From: Tubiluchus corallicola
Taxonomy: Eukaryota > Animalia > Priapulida
Assembly: GCA_030141605.1 (NCBI GenBank)
Contig: JAQGDQ010000371.1
Coordinates: forward strand, 62,001 to 126,000
DNA length: 64,000 nt
Direction of reading: 5' to 3'
Below the pieces are notes generated by a model. It made no database searches. It was not told where the DNA came from and was given only the letters and a program-made list of their open reading frames with translations. The position numbers were made by a program, and so were the translations under genes. Each line of letters opens with the position of its first letter. Position 1 is the first letter of the stretch. Of this stretch, positions 27,001 through 40,713 are shown in pieces.

Positions 27001-27458
27001 TATAACTACAGTCTCAGCAAACTTAAAGTAACTCACAATATTTCAAAACGCAAACTTTTTCAACTACCCATATGATTACAGTTCTAGGACCATTTCAGTA
27101 GACCACGATGATTTATACTTTGATGCAATACATGGGAAAACTGCACACAGTCTATACAGTAGAGTAATTCAAAGCTCAAATCTTCTTATAAAGGCATTGA
27201 ATAACAGTGACGCATTTTACACGTCAGACATAAGAGAGCAATGGAGGAAAGTGTTAGGTAGAAATTATGAGTGACGATTCAGGCTGGGAGTATGATATTG
27301 TATATATTTATATATATATTGTACTGTTATTTTATTTATTTATGTATTAATTTGCATGTGTTGAGAGGAGGGGTTATAATTATTGTATGTCTTGTAATTA
27401 TTGTATGTTATGTATTCTATGAACCTAGTTCGAAATTACGAGTTAAATCAAAATCAAA
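27001..27458 (+). mobile_element. 3' fragment of an RTE-X-like LINE
   Basis: Reads YNYSLSKLKVTHNISKRKLFQLP/YDYSSRTISVDHDDLYFDAIHGKTAHSLYSRVIQSSNLLIKALNNSDAFYTSDIREQWRKVLGRNYE* (stop ~27274), resembling RTE-X ORF C-termini (LKVAYN..FR.L..LP...SAS...S.N.II.....S.....W); then UTR and AAATCAAAATCAAA tail. Confidence 0.7.
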
Positions 27459-28084
27459 TATAGGCTTCATATAGTATTGTTTCTCCTGGAGCATGAAAGC
27501 TTCAGGACTGTGTAACAGTGATGCTTTACTAACAGCTGTCAATAACTGCTGTCTCGCTGGCCTTCTACATGGGAAGCACCTACGGTCACTGTAACCGGTC
27601 AATCAGTGGCTATTCTAGACTTCCGAAGCTAAAGACTGATTCACGTTTCTTCGGAGTTTTTAGATTGACCAATTTCCTTGGCTTGGAAAACTAGCTTTGT
27701 AATTTTCATTTCGAAATATTTAAGCTCATAAAATTTACTTACATAAATGTTTTTATAATCATATCCTGTTTTGCATACTCAACAGAAAACGACTTAGAAT
27801 TCGTACTTTTTTACGAAAACATCGCCCTATTTCAACCTAATGAAATTTTATGTAATGAATAATTATGAATAAATTATTTTAATTATTTGTGGCGGCTTCA
27901 AAAGTTCATAATTTTACTTAAAGCGATAATCTTAAACGAAACCGGATTTGTTTAATACTACTGTCAGTTTCAAAAGTGTAGTGCTTGAAACATGATATAT
28001 AATTTATGCAAGCCTGTCGAAATATAGTAATATACGTTGATATTTTTAACATGTTTGCCAATTACTTGGGGTGAGCATTCTCTA

Positions 28085-28410
28085 CCAGAAAGCGAATTCG
28101 AATCGAACCGAATTCGAATTGAGATTGATAGATTTTCGAACAAGTTTTCGAACCACCAGTAAAAATTAGTCTTACAAAGATCATGCATATCACTAGATTT
28201 TGTTCTGCAATAAAACGACTAGTAATTGCTATAAAATTGTGCAGAGAAATCACAGCTAAATTATGTTAATTGCATGATGTTTCAATGGTTTTAATGATAA
28301 AGAACGTATGTGACTGAAGTGCTCAATTATTCGAATCTATAGTTTTGGATTCGAATCGAGTTCGAACTAAAAAAAACTCGTTCGAATCGAATTCGAGCGT
28401 TCGCTGCTAC
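28085..28410. mobile_element. Probable decayed MITE with TTCGAA-rich subterminal clusters
   Basis: Clusters of GAATTCGAATCGAA at 28094-28152 and 28331-28400 around an AT-rich core; TIR and TSD not clean. Confidence 0.5.
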
Positions 28411-30539
28411 GTGACGGGTCTAACTTATTCTCGAGACAAAAATGACGTCATTTGCCTCTAGAAGCTGCAAATCTACTGAACAGTAAAGCGAGACTTGTGC
28501 TGCTCATAAAGCAGTGTGACAAGCGCACATGCATGAGCTTATAATACATAGCCACTTCTTTGTTTAGCAAACAGCTGATGACTTGCAACTGACCTTCCTG
28601 CCTGTCTAGACTGAGCATACACACTTCAGCAATTTCTGCATGCCATTCAAAATCAATACGCGGGTCATTTAGTGATGGCCGGTTGAGAGCACCGGTCAGT
28701 CGCCAGGGGGCAGACGCGTACAGGTGGTTCGCTCTAGCTGGGCGCAGGCGAGGTGGGCTTGCGGTCGGACGATCCGGATGGATCCGAGATATCGAGCCGG
28801 ACTTTGAGGAAGTAGTTAAAATGCTAACAGCTCGGGTGTTTACCTCCAGCACTTGGCTTCAATTGATCAGGTTCGTTACTCACACATGCAAAATGTCCAC
28901 GCTTCAACTGCTTATACTAAATGAGGACATCGATTTTCCACGACTAAACCGTGCAATTTCTAAACATGCGCGTCTGCATTGTGCCATTGATAGTCTTTTA
29001 TCAGCGAATGCCATAAATAAATTATTTTAATATTTATATAGATCGACATCACGCGGCGGAAACGGAAATGAGCGTCAGGCCGTGAGGCTTTAGGATTTTT
29101 CAACTTCTGCTCACGCTGGCGTTAAATTGAAGATTTAATCACCAGGAATTCAGACAGAATCGTCAGCAGTTCAGAAATCAAATACATAAGCAAGTCCATA
29201 TATGGAAATATACAGACCAAATAAGCATTTAATTGGACCAAAAACAAAGGTTATTTTTGCAATATAAACATCGTAAACAAAAAATAGTGATGTACTGATG
29301 CAAAGAAAGAGAGCAATGTGGGATCACTCATTGATCTGTTGATCAGGTTCGATTGATCAGTGCCACACCATGACACTAAAAGACGAGCCATTTTGCTGGC
29401 AAGAGAGTGTACATCATACAAAAAATTGCAAACTCAACAGAACTGCACGCGCTAGACGGGCCTTGAAACCAAACCACAAAACAGAAAATCAATGAAAAAC
29501 GTGTCCAGGGTGACGACACCAGCAATCTCTAGAGCACAGCGATTACAGATACCGGTTAGGACACTGTGCCACACTCGCAATATTCAGAAACGAGATATTT
29601 TCTAGTTTAGTAGACAATTCAGATGTAAAAGTAGATCTTTTAGCGTTATAAGTAGGTATAGATAGGGGCATTGTCAGCAGTGGCTGTCAAAATGACTAAA
29701 GCAGCAATTTCAAGCGATCGATGATTCATCGTATGCAAGCTTATAGCTCATTGTTACAGCCTCGCGGCATATTATGTCTGATTGCCTTCTATACTCAATA
29801 GAGTTAAATCATGTGAAGTCGGAAACACCCCCCCCCCATTCACTCCAGCTTTTAAACCCACGAAATGATACAAGTACATACATAATTAGCTCTCTAAGAT
29901 ATACATGCTTTTTATTTCTCTATCTTTGCCTATGATTTTATCTTAACTATCTATCTATCTTTTATATCATTCATACATTATCTCATATATGAGCTTCATT
30001 CATTACGTCATTCCATTTTAAGCACTAATGTTTTCTTTATCATACGATTCACTTTAAATTTTCAGATTATTTCCATTACTTTTTTTCTTTCACTGTGTGG
30101 GAAATCTAACAAGCCCTGCTTTTTGATTACCAGCAACACATTTACATTTGTATATAGGTGAACAGTGTGTGAGCCTTTTCTTGTGCAGAAACAATAAAAA
30201 CTTATTTGTATTACGTTCATTGTAGGCCCTTTCACTATATATTGTACATGAAACTATTGTAAATGTGTAATGTGAAATAAATGACTTATGACTTATTGAC
30301 TAACTAGGGGTAGATGAACACGGTTTGTTTCTCAGCGACGACGAAACGGTTCAAATTGCCGTTCGTAGGAGATTCATCAATTTTTTTATAAACTTAAAGA
30401 TTAATTCAAATTAAAATTACTAAATTTATAAGTTTAAGTTTAGTCATGCACGCACTAATTTGATCACTTTAATTTTCTACTTTTACAATTTGTTCAAGTT
30501 TTTAATTACTTCTAATCCACAGTAAATTGCATTTGATAC

Positions 30540-30650
30540 CAAATGTTACAGGCAGGAAATGTGAAAAACTGGGGTGCAGACTGGTCTTGAACCAGAAACC
30601 TTTCCCTACTTCAAATGAGTGCTGCATACCGACTTTTTCACATTTACAGT
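30540..30650. mobile_element. Internally deleted relative of the tRNA-armed inverted element at 53827-54143
   Basis: aaatgtgaaaaactggggtgcagactggtcttgaaccag and ccgactttttcacatt match the left and right arms of the 53.8-54.1 kb element. Confidence 0.6.
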
Positions 30651-32024
30651 GTTTCCACTTTGATAACAAAATTTAATTAACGGAGGGTTTGTATCATCTT
30701 TCATAATAATAATTTAAATGTTAATAATCAATTGACTTTCTTAGTTTAGCTTAATAAGGTCTAACCAAGACGTCGATTAAGCTACATTATTTAGTGTTTT
30801 TGCTTTTCATAATCCGAAATTCAAAACTGTTAGACGAAAAAAAGGAGGACGCAGCATTCATTGTTGCACTAAACTTGCGTTTCACTCTTATTTACCGTGA
30901 GATCTTTTTCCGAGAGTTCGTTTAGAAAACAGTGCGAAAGTGGTGAGATGACGAAGATGATGTTGTTCGAGCGCGCTATTCATAAAGATGCGCACTTTTC
31001 ATTTAAAACTATCGGGACCGACACAAAGCATTTTGTGATAACCGAGCACGTCAGCAAATATTCGATCCTAGCCTAATGTGGACTGATATTCGACTATGTG
31101 CCAGACGCTCGGAAAATGAGCATAAAAGCTTAGCACTCTCGCCATAAATGTTTTACTACGGCAAAAGCCGAGCGATAAATATTTCATGTCTAAGAACATT
31201 TCCAACAAACCGTAATACGAGGTTATGGTTAAGTGCTACATCACATCACAATACTTTCGTGCCTTTTATTTCCGGATGTGCAGAAAGAAAAAAGGAGCAA
31301 ATCTGTAAAACCCCGCGTGACAGTTCGACAACGTCGATTTTCCCCGGGCGGTCACCTCGGAAATCGGATATTCATCAGGGTTAGCGGGCGAAGATGGTTT
31401 TTGTATTCACAATTGAAATACAGGCAATCAATTCCGGCCGCGTGGCATAACATGGGAGGAATTACATGGCACACTACTACCAAACGGGCTAACTAAAAGC
31501 TTTTAAAATCAATGTTTAATTTGACAGTATTACGTCATGCGGCCGCGAGCGAAGAGGAAATAATTCCCGCATACAATGTGTGCGCAACTCATCTAAAACC
31601 GACCGAATCCGTCGCTAAATCGGAAGTCGGACGAGTGATTTACACTGCTTTATGAACTCTCTTCCTATTTGTTACATTAGATTCACAGTTTTCCCATAGG
31701 CGGAATGAATTGCTGCTAAGAACAGGTGAAATCGGATGTTAAAACAAAACCTGCACATCGCCAGGGCATAGTAAACCAAGCATCGGTACAAATTGTCATT
31801 TTATGACCAGAAAGCTTTCTCTATGATCTTAAATATTGCTTATTCTGAAAACTGCAAATGCTATTATTGACTAGAAATAAAGAGTATCTTCTGAGGTTCC
31901 CTATGGAATATAGGGCTTCACTACAAACAAGCTGAACAACATTAAACCTTAGCCAACAATCAACATGATATTAGAGGTTGTTATATGCACATATTATAGC
32001 AAGGAATAACTTACAGAACCGCGA

Positions 32025-32335
32025 AAAATCACTAATATTAACCAGATATAAAGTACCATCACAACAGTACGACAACATACACACTAATTCAGAATTCATA
32101 TATCCACGGCCATATTAATTAAATCATAGTTTTTTCATTTTTTGTGCATAGTTGTAAATATGTTTGATTTTATTCGTCGTTACTTTCCATTACTGCACGG
32201 TAGTTTAGATTGCACTGACGCATTTGCCTTTAGCAGTGTAAGTTTTTAGTAACTAACACTGATTGATCATCTCTGTAAAGTTTTTATCAGTGATTATCAA
32301 TGTATTTTAATGGCAAATAAAGATTATTATATATA
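32025..32335 (+). mobile_element. ~310-bp retroposon-like element (LINE 3' end-like), copy 1
   Basis: Highly similar reverse-complement copy at 43832-44149; ends with AATAAA then ATTATTATATATA. Confidence 0.8.
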
Positions 32336-35300
32336 TTGTACTAAATTTCTTAGTCAATTATATACATGAAACAAAAAGACCGAAATAAGGCAGTTTCCAT
32401 ACAGTTTATCACAAGACAGAATAGTTGAACTAATCGGGAACATGCCAACACTTCAATGAAGCTGGTGCTTATTAACAGAAACATGACACGAATACAGTCC
32501 AACCTGGATTCGAACCCTGAACTACAATGTTGCAATTGCATTTGGTAATAATACACTAAAGGGACAGTTTTTAAATGAATGAGTTAACTGAGTTATTAAC
32601 GTATAAAATCTAGGTAAATGTCTTCTGGTCTGCAACTCGTATCCAATGTGATTTTTTGAAAATCAGTGCATTTTTTATTTTTTCTTACAACCTCTCTCTC
32701 AAGAAGTAATGTTGCAAGGATACAAAAATATCTTTGGCTATCTAATCTCCTAGTTACGTATTAAGAAATAAATTTCTTAGTTAGATACTTCATTATCAGT
32801 TCAATTCACTGTTTCTAACTTCTATTCAATATATGTTTTTTTACATCAAATGATTTAAGTTTTGTGTTCAAAAATTTTAGTATAATTAAAATATAGTGAA
32901 CAAAATTCTTTTAATTCAGTACTACCTGCAAAGAACAGTTTTAATGAAAAAAATGGAATGGTAAATTAAATAATTGTGGCTCGTTACAAATAATACAATG
33001 CAATATATGCAGATTCTTGGTGGGGCACTCTAGCAATTTTGCACTATGTAATAACGAAACAAGCAAATACCAATTTAGAACTGCAAAAAATTATTATGGC
33101 AGAAGAGTAGCAAGCGTCTAATCCCAGCAAAAAGCATTTCAGTCAACTTGTAACACTGTCACATTCGTCTGCTGCAGATTACGTTTGATAAGCAGGAAAA
33201 ATATAATAATCTTATCCAACATTTTTTCGACATCTATCTAAGTTAAACTAAAGAAGTTTCAAACTAACAGTAATGAACAACATGCTAATTCAGTTTAAAA
33301 TCACAGCAATTTTTGTCATATTATTTGGATCAATAAATTATATTTGCACACAGTTTAAAATGAATTCTGAAACAGGAACTGTGACTGTAATAAACTGAAA
33401 TGTGTGACTTTACATAAGACAAAACTTACAAAAGATATTAAGCTTTCAAATGTTACATGACATTGATTAAAACACAACACCTTTTAAGCAAAATCTATGC
33501 CAGTTACAATTCCTGTTTTGAATTCCATTTCACAAGACTGAACTATTACAATGTGTTGAACAAAACAGGAGATATATGTGGCATAACAGCCAAGACGCTA
33601 ATCCTAGCACAGATCAACGGCCGAATGCCACATTGGCTCGTCCGCACCAACCTTTACTGAACCTGGTCATCCATGCGTTCAACCAAATGTGCCCATGGCC
33701 ACACGCAAGTTAGGAAAAAATCAAATATGCACATAATTATGGCTCAGGTAGCCGCGTAAGCAAACACATCCACTTTGCAAGACAATTAACATGATTGCAC
33801 AGCTTGCCAGGTAATCCAACATGAACTACACAAATGGCGAATAAATTTTCCAGCCATTCAACAGCAACAATTATTTTAGCGACACTTTATTACCAGCTCA
33901 AGAGGCAGTAATAACACACCAATAAGGGTTAAAAGTCACATTTTGTACATGGCTGGGTGCTTGCAGAGGAAAGACCAACGTTAGGTACACGAAGGTTGAT
34001 ACAGATGCACTCTCACAGGCAAGATGCTATTGTTTCAATTATACATGTTGCAATGTACAACAAAAATTCTCAAAAATAATTCATATGAAGAGCTCAGATT
34101 GAGAAATGCTGAGGTATACATGGCACATAATAATTCGCACAAAACAAATTTTTAACAAAACTGCTAACGAAACTATGTTGCCTCAGACTTATACTACTGA
34201 GGTAATGATCTCTAAACAGCAATGTAATTAAACCACAACACAAGTTATGAAAATATTCCACAAAGCTATTAACGGCAGCTTAACTTTATCTTTTTCTTCA
34301 CACCAGCTTCGACTTCCTTGTGAAAAATCAAATAATCACATCGCAGCTGCAGCTTGCAAATCAGGAGTTTTTGAATCACAACTCATCTCTCAAGATATGC
34401 GCTAAGTACACCAACTCCGCACATTAAAACATGTCAAATAAAACATTAAGTCCTATGCAAGCAAAAATCTGTCATTGCGTGTACAAACAGTCGCGCTTGA
34501 CGTGTGGTTACACAATGAGACAAAACATCGAACTAACACTATGTAAATTATACGCAGCAAGGGTTAAATCCTGGAGAGACCTGCGACTCCTAGCGTGTTA
34601 TTTTAGTAGCATTTCAAAAGCGATTCAATGAAAAGCTCAATCGAAGCGTCCTCCGAAAGGGTTATGGAGCGGGTGCGGCGCGACCCCTATCGCTTTATTT
34701 TATCAACTTTTGTTATAACTATTATGCGCAAATTCAACGCATTTCACAAAGCGGAGAAAGAGTTAAAGAAAAGGGTGGCGCGGCATCTGGCGATAACTCC
34801 ATCAACTTTTATTTCGAGTTACAATGCTCTGGCGGGGTCCCTCAAAAGAAGGGGTTAAACTCCCTGCAATTTTATTTTATCAACTTTCCATCAAAAGCCA
34901 GGCTAGACATATGATAAACAAGCCAACACTTTCTCTCAAAAGCCAACAATGGGCTCTATTTCACAATGGCATGTTTGTTAAGAATATTTGAAGGAGGCCA
35001 CCTCATTCCAGGTAGGGAAGGAAGACTTAGTGGGTTATAATTCCACCCATCTCAACAGGTACACTGATGCAATTATGGCTTGCCTATTATCCAAGAATGA
35101 ATACATAATAATACGTAATCAAAAACAGCAGCTCTCTTATCAGTGCAATTAAGTTGTCCTCTTTGATTCTTATCATCAAGCTTCCCAACATCCTCTACAT
35201 CAAACTTAACACCTTCAACATGCAAGGCTTTTTAAGCATGAAAAAATCTCAAATTTCAATTACCATGAAAATAGGTCACGGCTGTGGCTGTAAAAAACTC

Positions 35301-38094
35301 TTGACTCAACAGGTGGTGTAAAGGGTTGAGAGTCCCATGACCTGAACGCATCTGGTGCCTGAGAGTCACACTGATTGGCATAGCTCTCTGTGCTGAAGGG
35401 ACATGAATAAATGCAGGAGGCTTACACCCACAGAACTCTTGCTCCAAAGTTTAACAATAGATTCTTAACAAGCAAACGGTTTACACCTACTTACATGTAT
35501 AATCCAACTTCAAAAACCAATGCTACTATCCCTAACTTAATTCTTCTTCCATTATAATACAAGCAAATAAGTAACATGTACAGATTTCACTATAAGTCCT
35601 TAATGTTCACTAAGTAATTACATATAACGATGTCCAGGTAACTTTATCTCTCACTTTTTTCTCCTGTAAAATAAAAAAGCAAGATATGAAATTAAGCATC
35701 CAATACATATAATCAAAATTAAAACTATTTATAAAATTCTATTAAACATCAAAATTATAATTACAATTAAGCTAACAGAGCATGTAATATAGTTCACAAT
35801 ATTTCTATTAAATACAGTAATAATAATATGCAGAACCGTTTTATCTTTAATGTCCTAAATATTTAAATTAAATAAGTTAGTATTAATTATCAAGACCATA
35901 ATAAATAATGTAAAAGTCCTGAGATGTTTAGTATTTCTTCTAACAATTACTCTGCATGCTTAAAAAAATTAATAAAAGAAACAATTCAAAACTGCTCATT
36001 TTAAAGATAAATGGTAAGTTGGACTCTGTAAAGTATTGGACAAATTCTTAACTTAAATTTCGTTCAACCTCAAATACTACAAGGATGATATGGTTAAACT
36101 GCAAACTACACGAACCATACTTAAAATACCAAGAGAACAATTCTACATAAATCATTTGCACCAGTATGTGAAACTATACAAAAGCTTTTGAACAGCCTCC
36201 ACTATGTTAACCCGATGCTACAATTTGACATTTAAAAAAGTAAGTCTACTTACCAGTGTTATAAGGATGTAAATTGTGGTAAGCCTCAATTAAACGAATG
36301 TTTGCGAAGCCAAAGATTCATCTTAGTAATCACCTATTCCAAAATACAACATGTAGCAAAATTATTGAAAATCTCAACGATAAATGGGAAAGAAAGTGAT
36401 TGATTGAAAAAAGCTTTATGTTATAAATTTAATATTATTTAGTAAATTTAAAATCATAAAAAATATATTTTTTTATTATTTAGTAAATTTAAAATCACAA
36501 AAAAATATAAAATTTTAAACGACTCACATTTTTGAATCACAGCCTTTGTTGGACAGCCAAATGACCTGATTTTTTCAAGTGTTTGCAGGTGTTTTGTAGA
36601 AATTTGTAGCAGAAATTGAGCAACAAAAAAAATGAAAATAAAGGACAATTAAATTAGGATAGAATATGCTCAAAGGGGGCAAAAAAGGTTTTGACTCACG
36701 GTTAAGACCACTGCCAACTAAGTTGTGAACAAACGTAAAATATAAAAATATTTTGGTCATAATTAATCAATGTATTATAAGACCGTACTGTAAAATAATA
36801 TATAAGATATTAAATAAACGAGCAGAAGTCTTATTTAACATTTTGAGACTTTGTTGCAAAGTTACTTCTATTTCAAAATGATTTTTTAATACGCTAGTTA
36901 TAAACAGGCCTATTAAATAGCGTATACATGAATATATAATGTTATAATTAAAAAGAGATATGGTTTACGTACCTGTTATAACAGCTAACTGTTAGAAAAC
37001 TACTGCGATTTAGCCGCGATGCCAAAGACGAAAAATGTGAGCAAAAAACGCTAACAAGCATCTATTAAATAATTCAATGATTTATTAATACTAATAACTC
37101 CACATACAAAAAAACAAAAAGATTTGAAACTATAGTGTGAGATAGTTTACTGATGTGTCAAATCTTGAGAAATATGTCTTATTCTGCCTATGAAATTTCT
37201 TTAAACAATAAACTAATTTATGATTATATATCTCTTTCCATTGCTTAGTGTTTAGTCAGTAACTTACATACACTATTTGGGGTTTCATTCGACGAAACAA
37301 AACAGAACAGCAACCAGGTATTTAGTTAAACAACTCGAAAATACCGAGATTTATTTATTTGAAAAATATTCTTAAAAAAAATTGATCTTCACCACAGACA
37401 ATCATTTAAGCTCTGAACAAACGAAACGGGAAAACTAAAAAGCAGATTAATTAATTTACGAAGCAGGCTTATATATTTAGATATAAAGTTAGCTGCATGT
37501 TTATTATTTCTTCCATGGCGGAACATTTCAACATGCAAAGCCAACAAGCTGGCTGCATTTTTTACAGCCCAGCAGCATGTTTATATATCATTATGTTAAA
37601 GCCAGGCATTAGGCTACCAGCAAAAGGCGCAAAAAAATCTGGAAAAATAGTTTTTCTAACTCGGGCTCTTTCTCCACCTCTGATTGCCAAATATTGACAA
37701 ATTCTTGCTGGAAACAAGCTGTTTGGATAAGCCCAGACTGGAAAAGCTAATGGTTCTGAACATGCGCTGGCTTAGATAGGCAATGTTTTATTTATATACA
37801 CATAACCACTCATTCAGTATGTATATGCATTGGGGCTTAATTATGTTCTGTTTCAATTTCTAAAGGTGTCAGGTCCTGAGGCGATCATTAAAGTGTCCAG
37901 GGAATCAATAGGTTGAACTAGAACACAATTAAAATAACTAAAATCACTAATGTTGTATCTCATTAACATCACATATGCCAGTGATATAAATAATTTTAAT
38001 ATCAGGTGTGGAATGAAAGGCTGTACAGTCATGTGGAACATTAAACCGAGCCCAACTTTAGGCCCAATGTGGCTAAAATTTAGCACTATTTTCA

Positions 38095-38134
38095 ACAGAC
38101 AGAGAGAAAAAGAAACAGAGAGACAGACAGAGAA

Positions 38135-38185
<51 letters not shown>

Positions 38186-38614
38186 GGAAGAGCAGAAAGC
38201 AGAAAACAGGATAAGTGAGGGGGAAGAGAGTGGGAGCCAGAAACAGAAAGAGGGGGATAAAAAATAAAAATAAAAAAGTGTGTAAAACAGCGAGCGAGAA
38301 GGGAGAAAGAGAGAGCGAGAGAGACAGAGAGAGGGGAAAGGAAGAGAGAGAAAGAGAGAGAAGAGAGGAAAAGAGAACAAGGAAAGAGAGTGGGAACCAG
38401 AAAATGAGAGGAGGATAAAAAAGAAAAAAAAGAAGTGTGAAAAGGCAAACGAGAGAGGGAAAGAGAAAAGACAAGAGGAAAAGAGAAGGACACAGAAAAG
38501 ATGAAAAGCGAGAGGAAAAGAGAGAGAGAAAGACAGAGGGGAGGAGAGAGAAACAGAAAGAGAGAGAGGGGGGGAGGGAGAGATAAAGGGAGAGAAACAG
38601 AAAGAGAGAGAAAA

Positions 38615-38653
<39 letters not shown>

Positions 38654-38687
38654 AAGAGAGAGAGAGGGGGGAGAGAAATGGAGAGAA

Positions 38688-38731
<44 letters not shown>

Positions 38732-38772
38732 AGAAAGAGAAAGAAAAAAATGTGAGAAACGGAAAAGAGAGG
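38095..38772. repeat. GA-rich polypurine low-complexity tract with (GA)n runs
   Basis: About 680 bp almost purely A/G on the + strand; source of the SLSLS and ERER ORFs. Confidence 0.98.
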
Positions 38773-39178
38773 AACGTGTAGATAAACACACTCACACAGA
38801 CCACTCAATATAATGTTAATTACATCTTATGAACTAAACATTTACAATTGTAATCCTACAAGTGTCTATACTAATAAAGCGACCATAAGAACCTACGCAG
38901 TTGGCCGTGCTTGAGTAAATCAAACCTGCAGTGAAAACCAATAAAACCCTGCACAATAATTCAGTGTGTGGTCGGTGGGCTGAACTGACGTTTTCGCTTC
39001 TAGACAATTTAATGGCCAGTTCATGTAGATTCGTTCAGTTGGCTTGATGAATAAGAGAGAGCTTATGCTGAATATAAAGCGATAGAAGGTGTCGCGGAGT
39101 AATCCATCACGTGCTCCGGTGACATATCACTCAAGCAAATTGTTTTCCGGACTAATTAACATCACTGTCTAGGAAACA

Positions 39179-39894
39179 AGACGGGTTCTGTCAACTTCAA
39201 GATCCTCCTTCGTACGAACTTTACTCAGTATTTAAGAAAGTTGGTATCTAAGACGATCATTGTCAAATTGACAAAGGTACATAAGAAATACATGGAAGAC
39301 ACATAATGACAAACGGGTAGGAAAAAGCTGCACCCAAAATACATACGACAAAACGCTTTTTTTAATATTCAAAAACATCTTCAACAACATTGTTACAGAG
39401 GGAAGCAGGTACTAAAATAACAAATATGAAACGGTGTATTAACTTTGCTTTACATGTTGTGCTGTAAAGCAAAATTTTTATAACACTTACTTACACCAAA
39501 AACAAATTTTTAACCGAATAAATTAAATAAAAATCAAGTAAGTTAGCCCAGCTGAACTATTTAATTATACTACTGTACGTTCAGACAGTCACAGTCAACC
39601 AACGAAATCCTATTTTTGCTGTACAGTATCTAGAATATCTTGTTGCAGGGCGTTAAGTCCTGATTTAGCAGGACACATTCTAATATAGAGCCAGTAGTAA
39701 TAAATTATAGTATAGTGTAATAATAAAACATTAGAAAACTTCTCTGAGCAGACAATACGATTTTTGTGAACGTTTAATGGTTTGAGCTGTTCATGTGGCC
39801 TTATAGTTTTATATGGTTTTAACGGTGACACTTGTCTAAGTCTTTTTTGGGTTGTCCGTATGGAGGAGGATCTTGAAGTTGACAGAACCCGTCT
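39179..39894. mobile_element. Non-autonomous TIR element, superfamily unassigned
   Basis: AGACGGGTTCTGTCAACTTCAAGATCCTCCT and its exact reverse complement 716 bp apart (31 bp perfect, ~40 bp with mismatches); non-coding interior; no clear TSD. Confidence 0.85.
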
Positions 39895-39934
39895 AAAGTT
39901 GCAAAAATGCAGGAGATTACTTCACTGTAGGTAA

Positions 39935-40103
39935 CAAAAGTAAATAAAACAGCTGGTATGTGAGCAACAATTGTTAACTACAGGTCTTGCAATACCACTC
40001 TACAGTAAAACAGTAATACCACTGGTCCACAATCCATATATTGACCACGACTACTGCTGCTTGAGTTAGTTAGTCCTCTGTTGGCCCTTAACGCATGGAT
40101 ACA
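39935..40103. repeat. Dispersed single copy of the 156-bp unit found at 44730-45220
   Basis: Shares gtccacaatccatatattgaccacgacta and the end gttagttagtcctctgttg..c.taacgcatggatacaa. Confidence 0.85.
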
Positions 40104-40566
40104 ATTTTTTATAGTCAATACACATTTTCAATAACATGTGTAAAAGCAGTTATGTAAGACAAACAAGGGCATATCAAAGCAGGTCCCCATAAGTTTATGA
40201 TCAATCATATGCATAGTATAAATCGACTTATATCAATATTACTCAACACGAATGCATATCAAATTTTTGAAGGCATGCCTATAGTAATTACCTTATTGAT
40301 ACATTGTCTTTACAGGCAAAATAAGAATGAAGTTTTTGTGCTTTGACAAGCCACCATAAGCCTAATGACTAATTTGACAATTACGAAAGATTACAGTTAA
40401 AATTAACAAACATAAATATATCATCATCCACTCCAGATTGTCAGACGAATTGAGCGCAGCCAATGAGAGCAAAAAACAACAAAATTAATTGGTTTATCTA
40501 GAAGAAAGGTGGGTTTCCGAAAGACAAAGAAAGGCTTCCGCTGATGAAACGTGTCTATACAGAGTT

Positions 40567-40708
40567 TGCAAAAATCCACAGATTACTTCCTCATACGTAC
40601 AGGCTACTGTGAGCCTGTAAGGAGTCCCAACCCAAGGTTCTCTCGGACATCTTGTCTGATAACGGAAAAAATAAGTTTACACAAAAATCCATTCCTTTAC
40701 GAATATCA
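40567..40708. repeat. Left direct repeat flanking the 38-bp array
   Basis: Near-identical to 41787-41940 but lacks 11 nt (ctagggggtac). Confidence 0.95.
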
Positions 40709-40713
40709 CACAG

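Noticed and set aside
34017-34040. miR-31-like start AGGCAAGATGCT
   Set aside because: Only 12 nt match and no supporting hairpin.
34555-34860. Possible TIR element and GGGTTAA piggyBac-like ends (also isolated ends at ~10779, ~25255, ~56261)
   Set aside because: Ends are unpaired or in the same orientation; no boundaries can be supported.
35135-35182. Minus-strand TGATGA...CTGA C/D-box pair
   Set aside because: Boxes are only ~35-40 nt apart, too short for a C/D snoRNA.
36000-36450. Possible L1/Tx1-like ORF2 remnant (also possible LINE remnants at 29830-30300 and 54600-55300)
   Set aside because: Too decayed to support by eye.
37853-38808. ORFs of 238-312 aa
   Set aside because: Translation of a GA/TC low-complexity tract.
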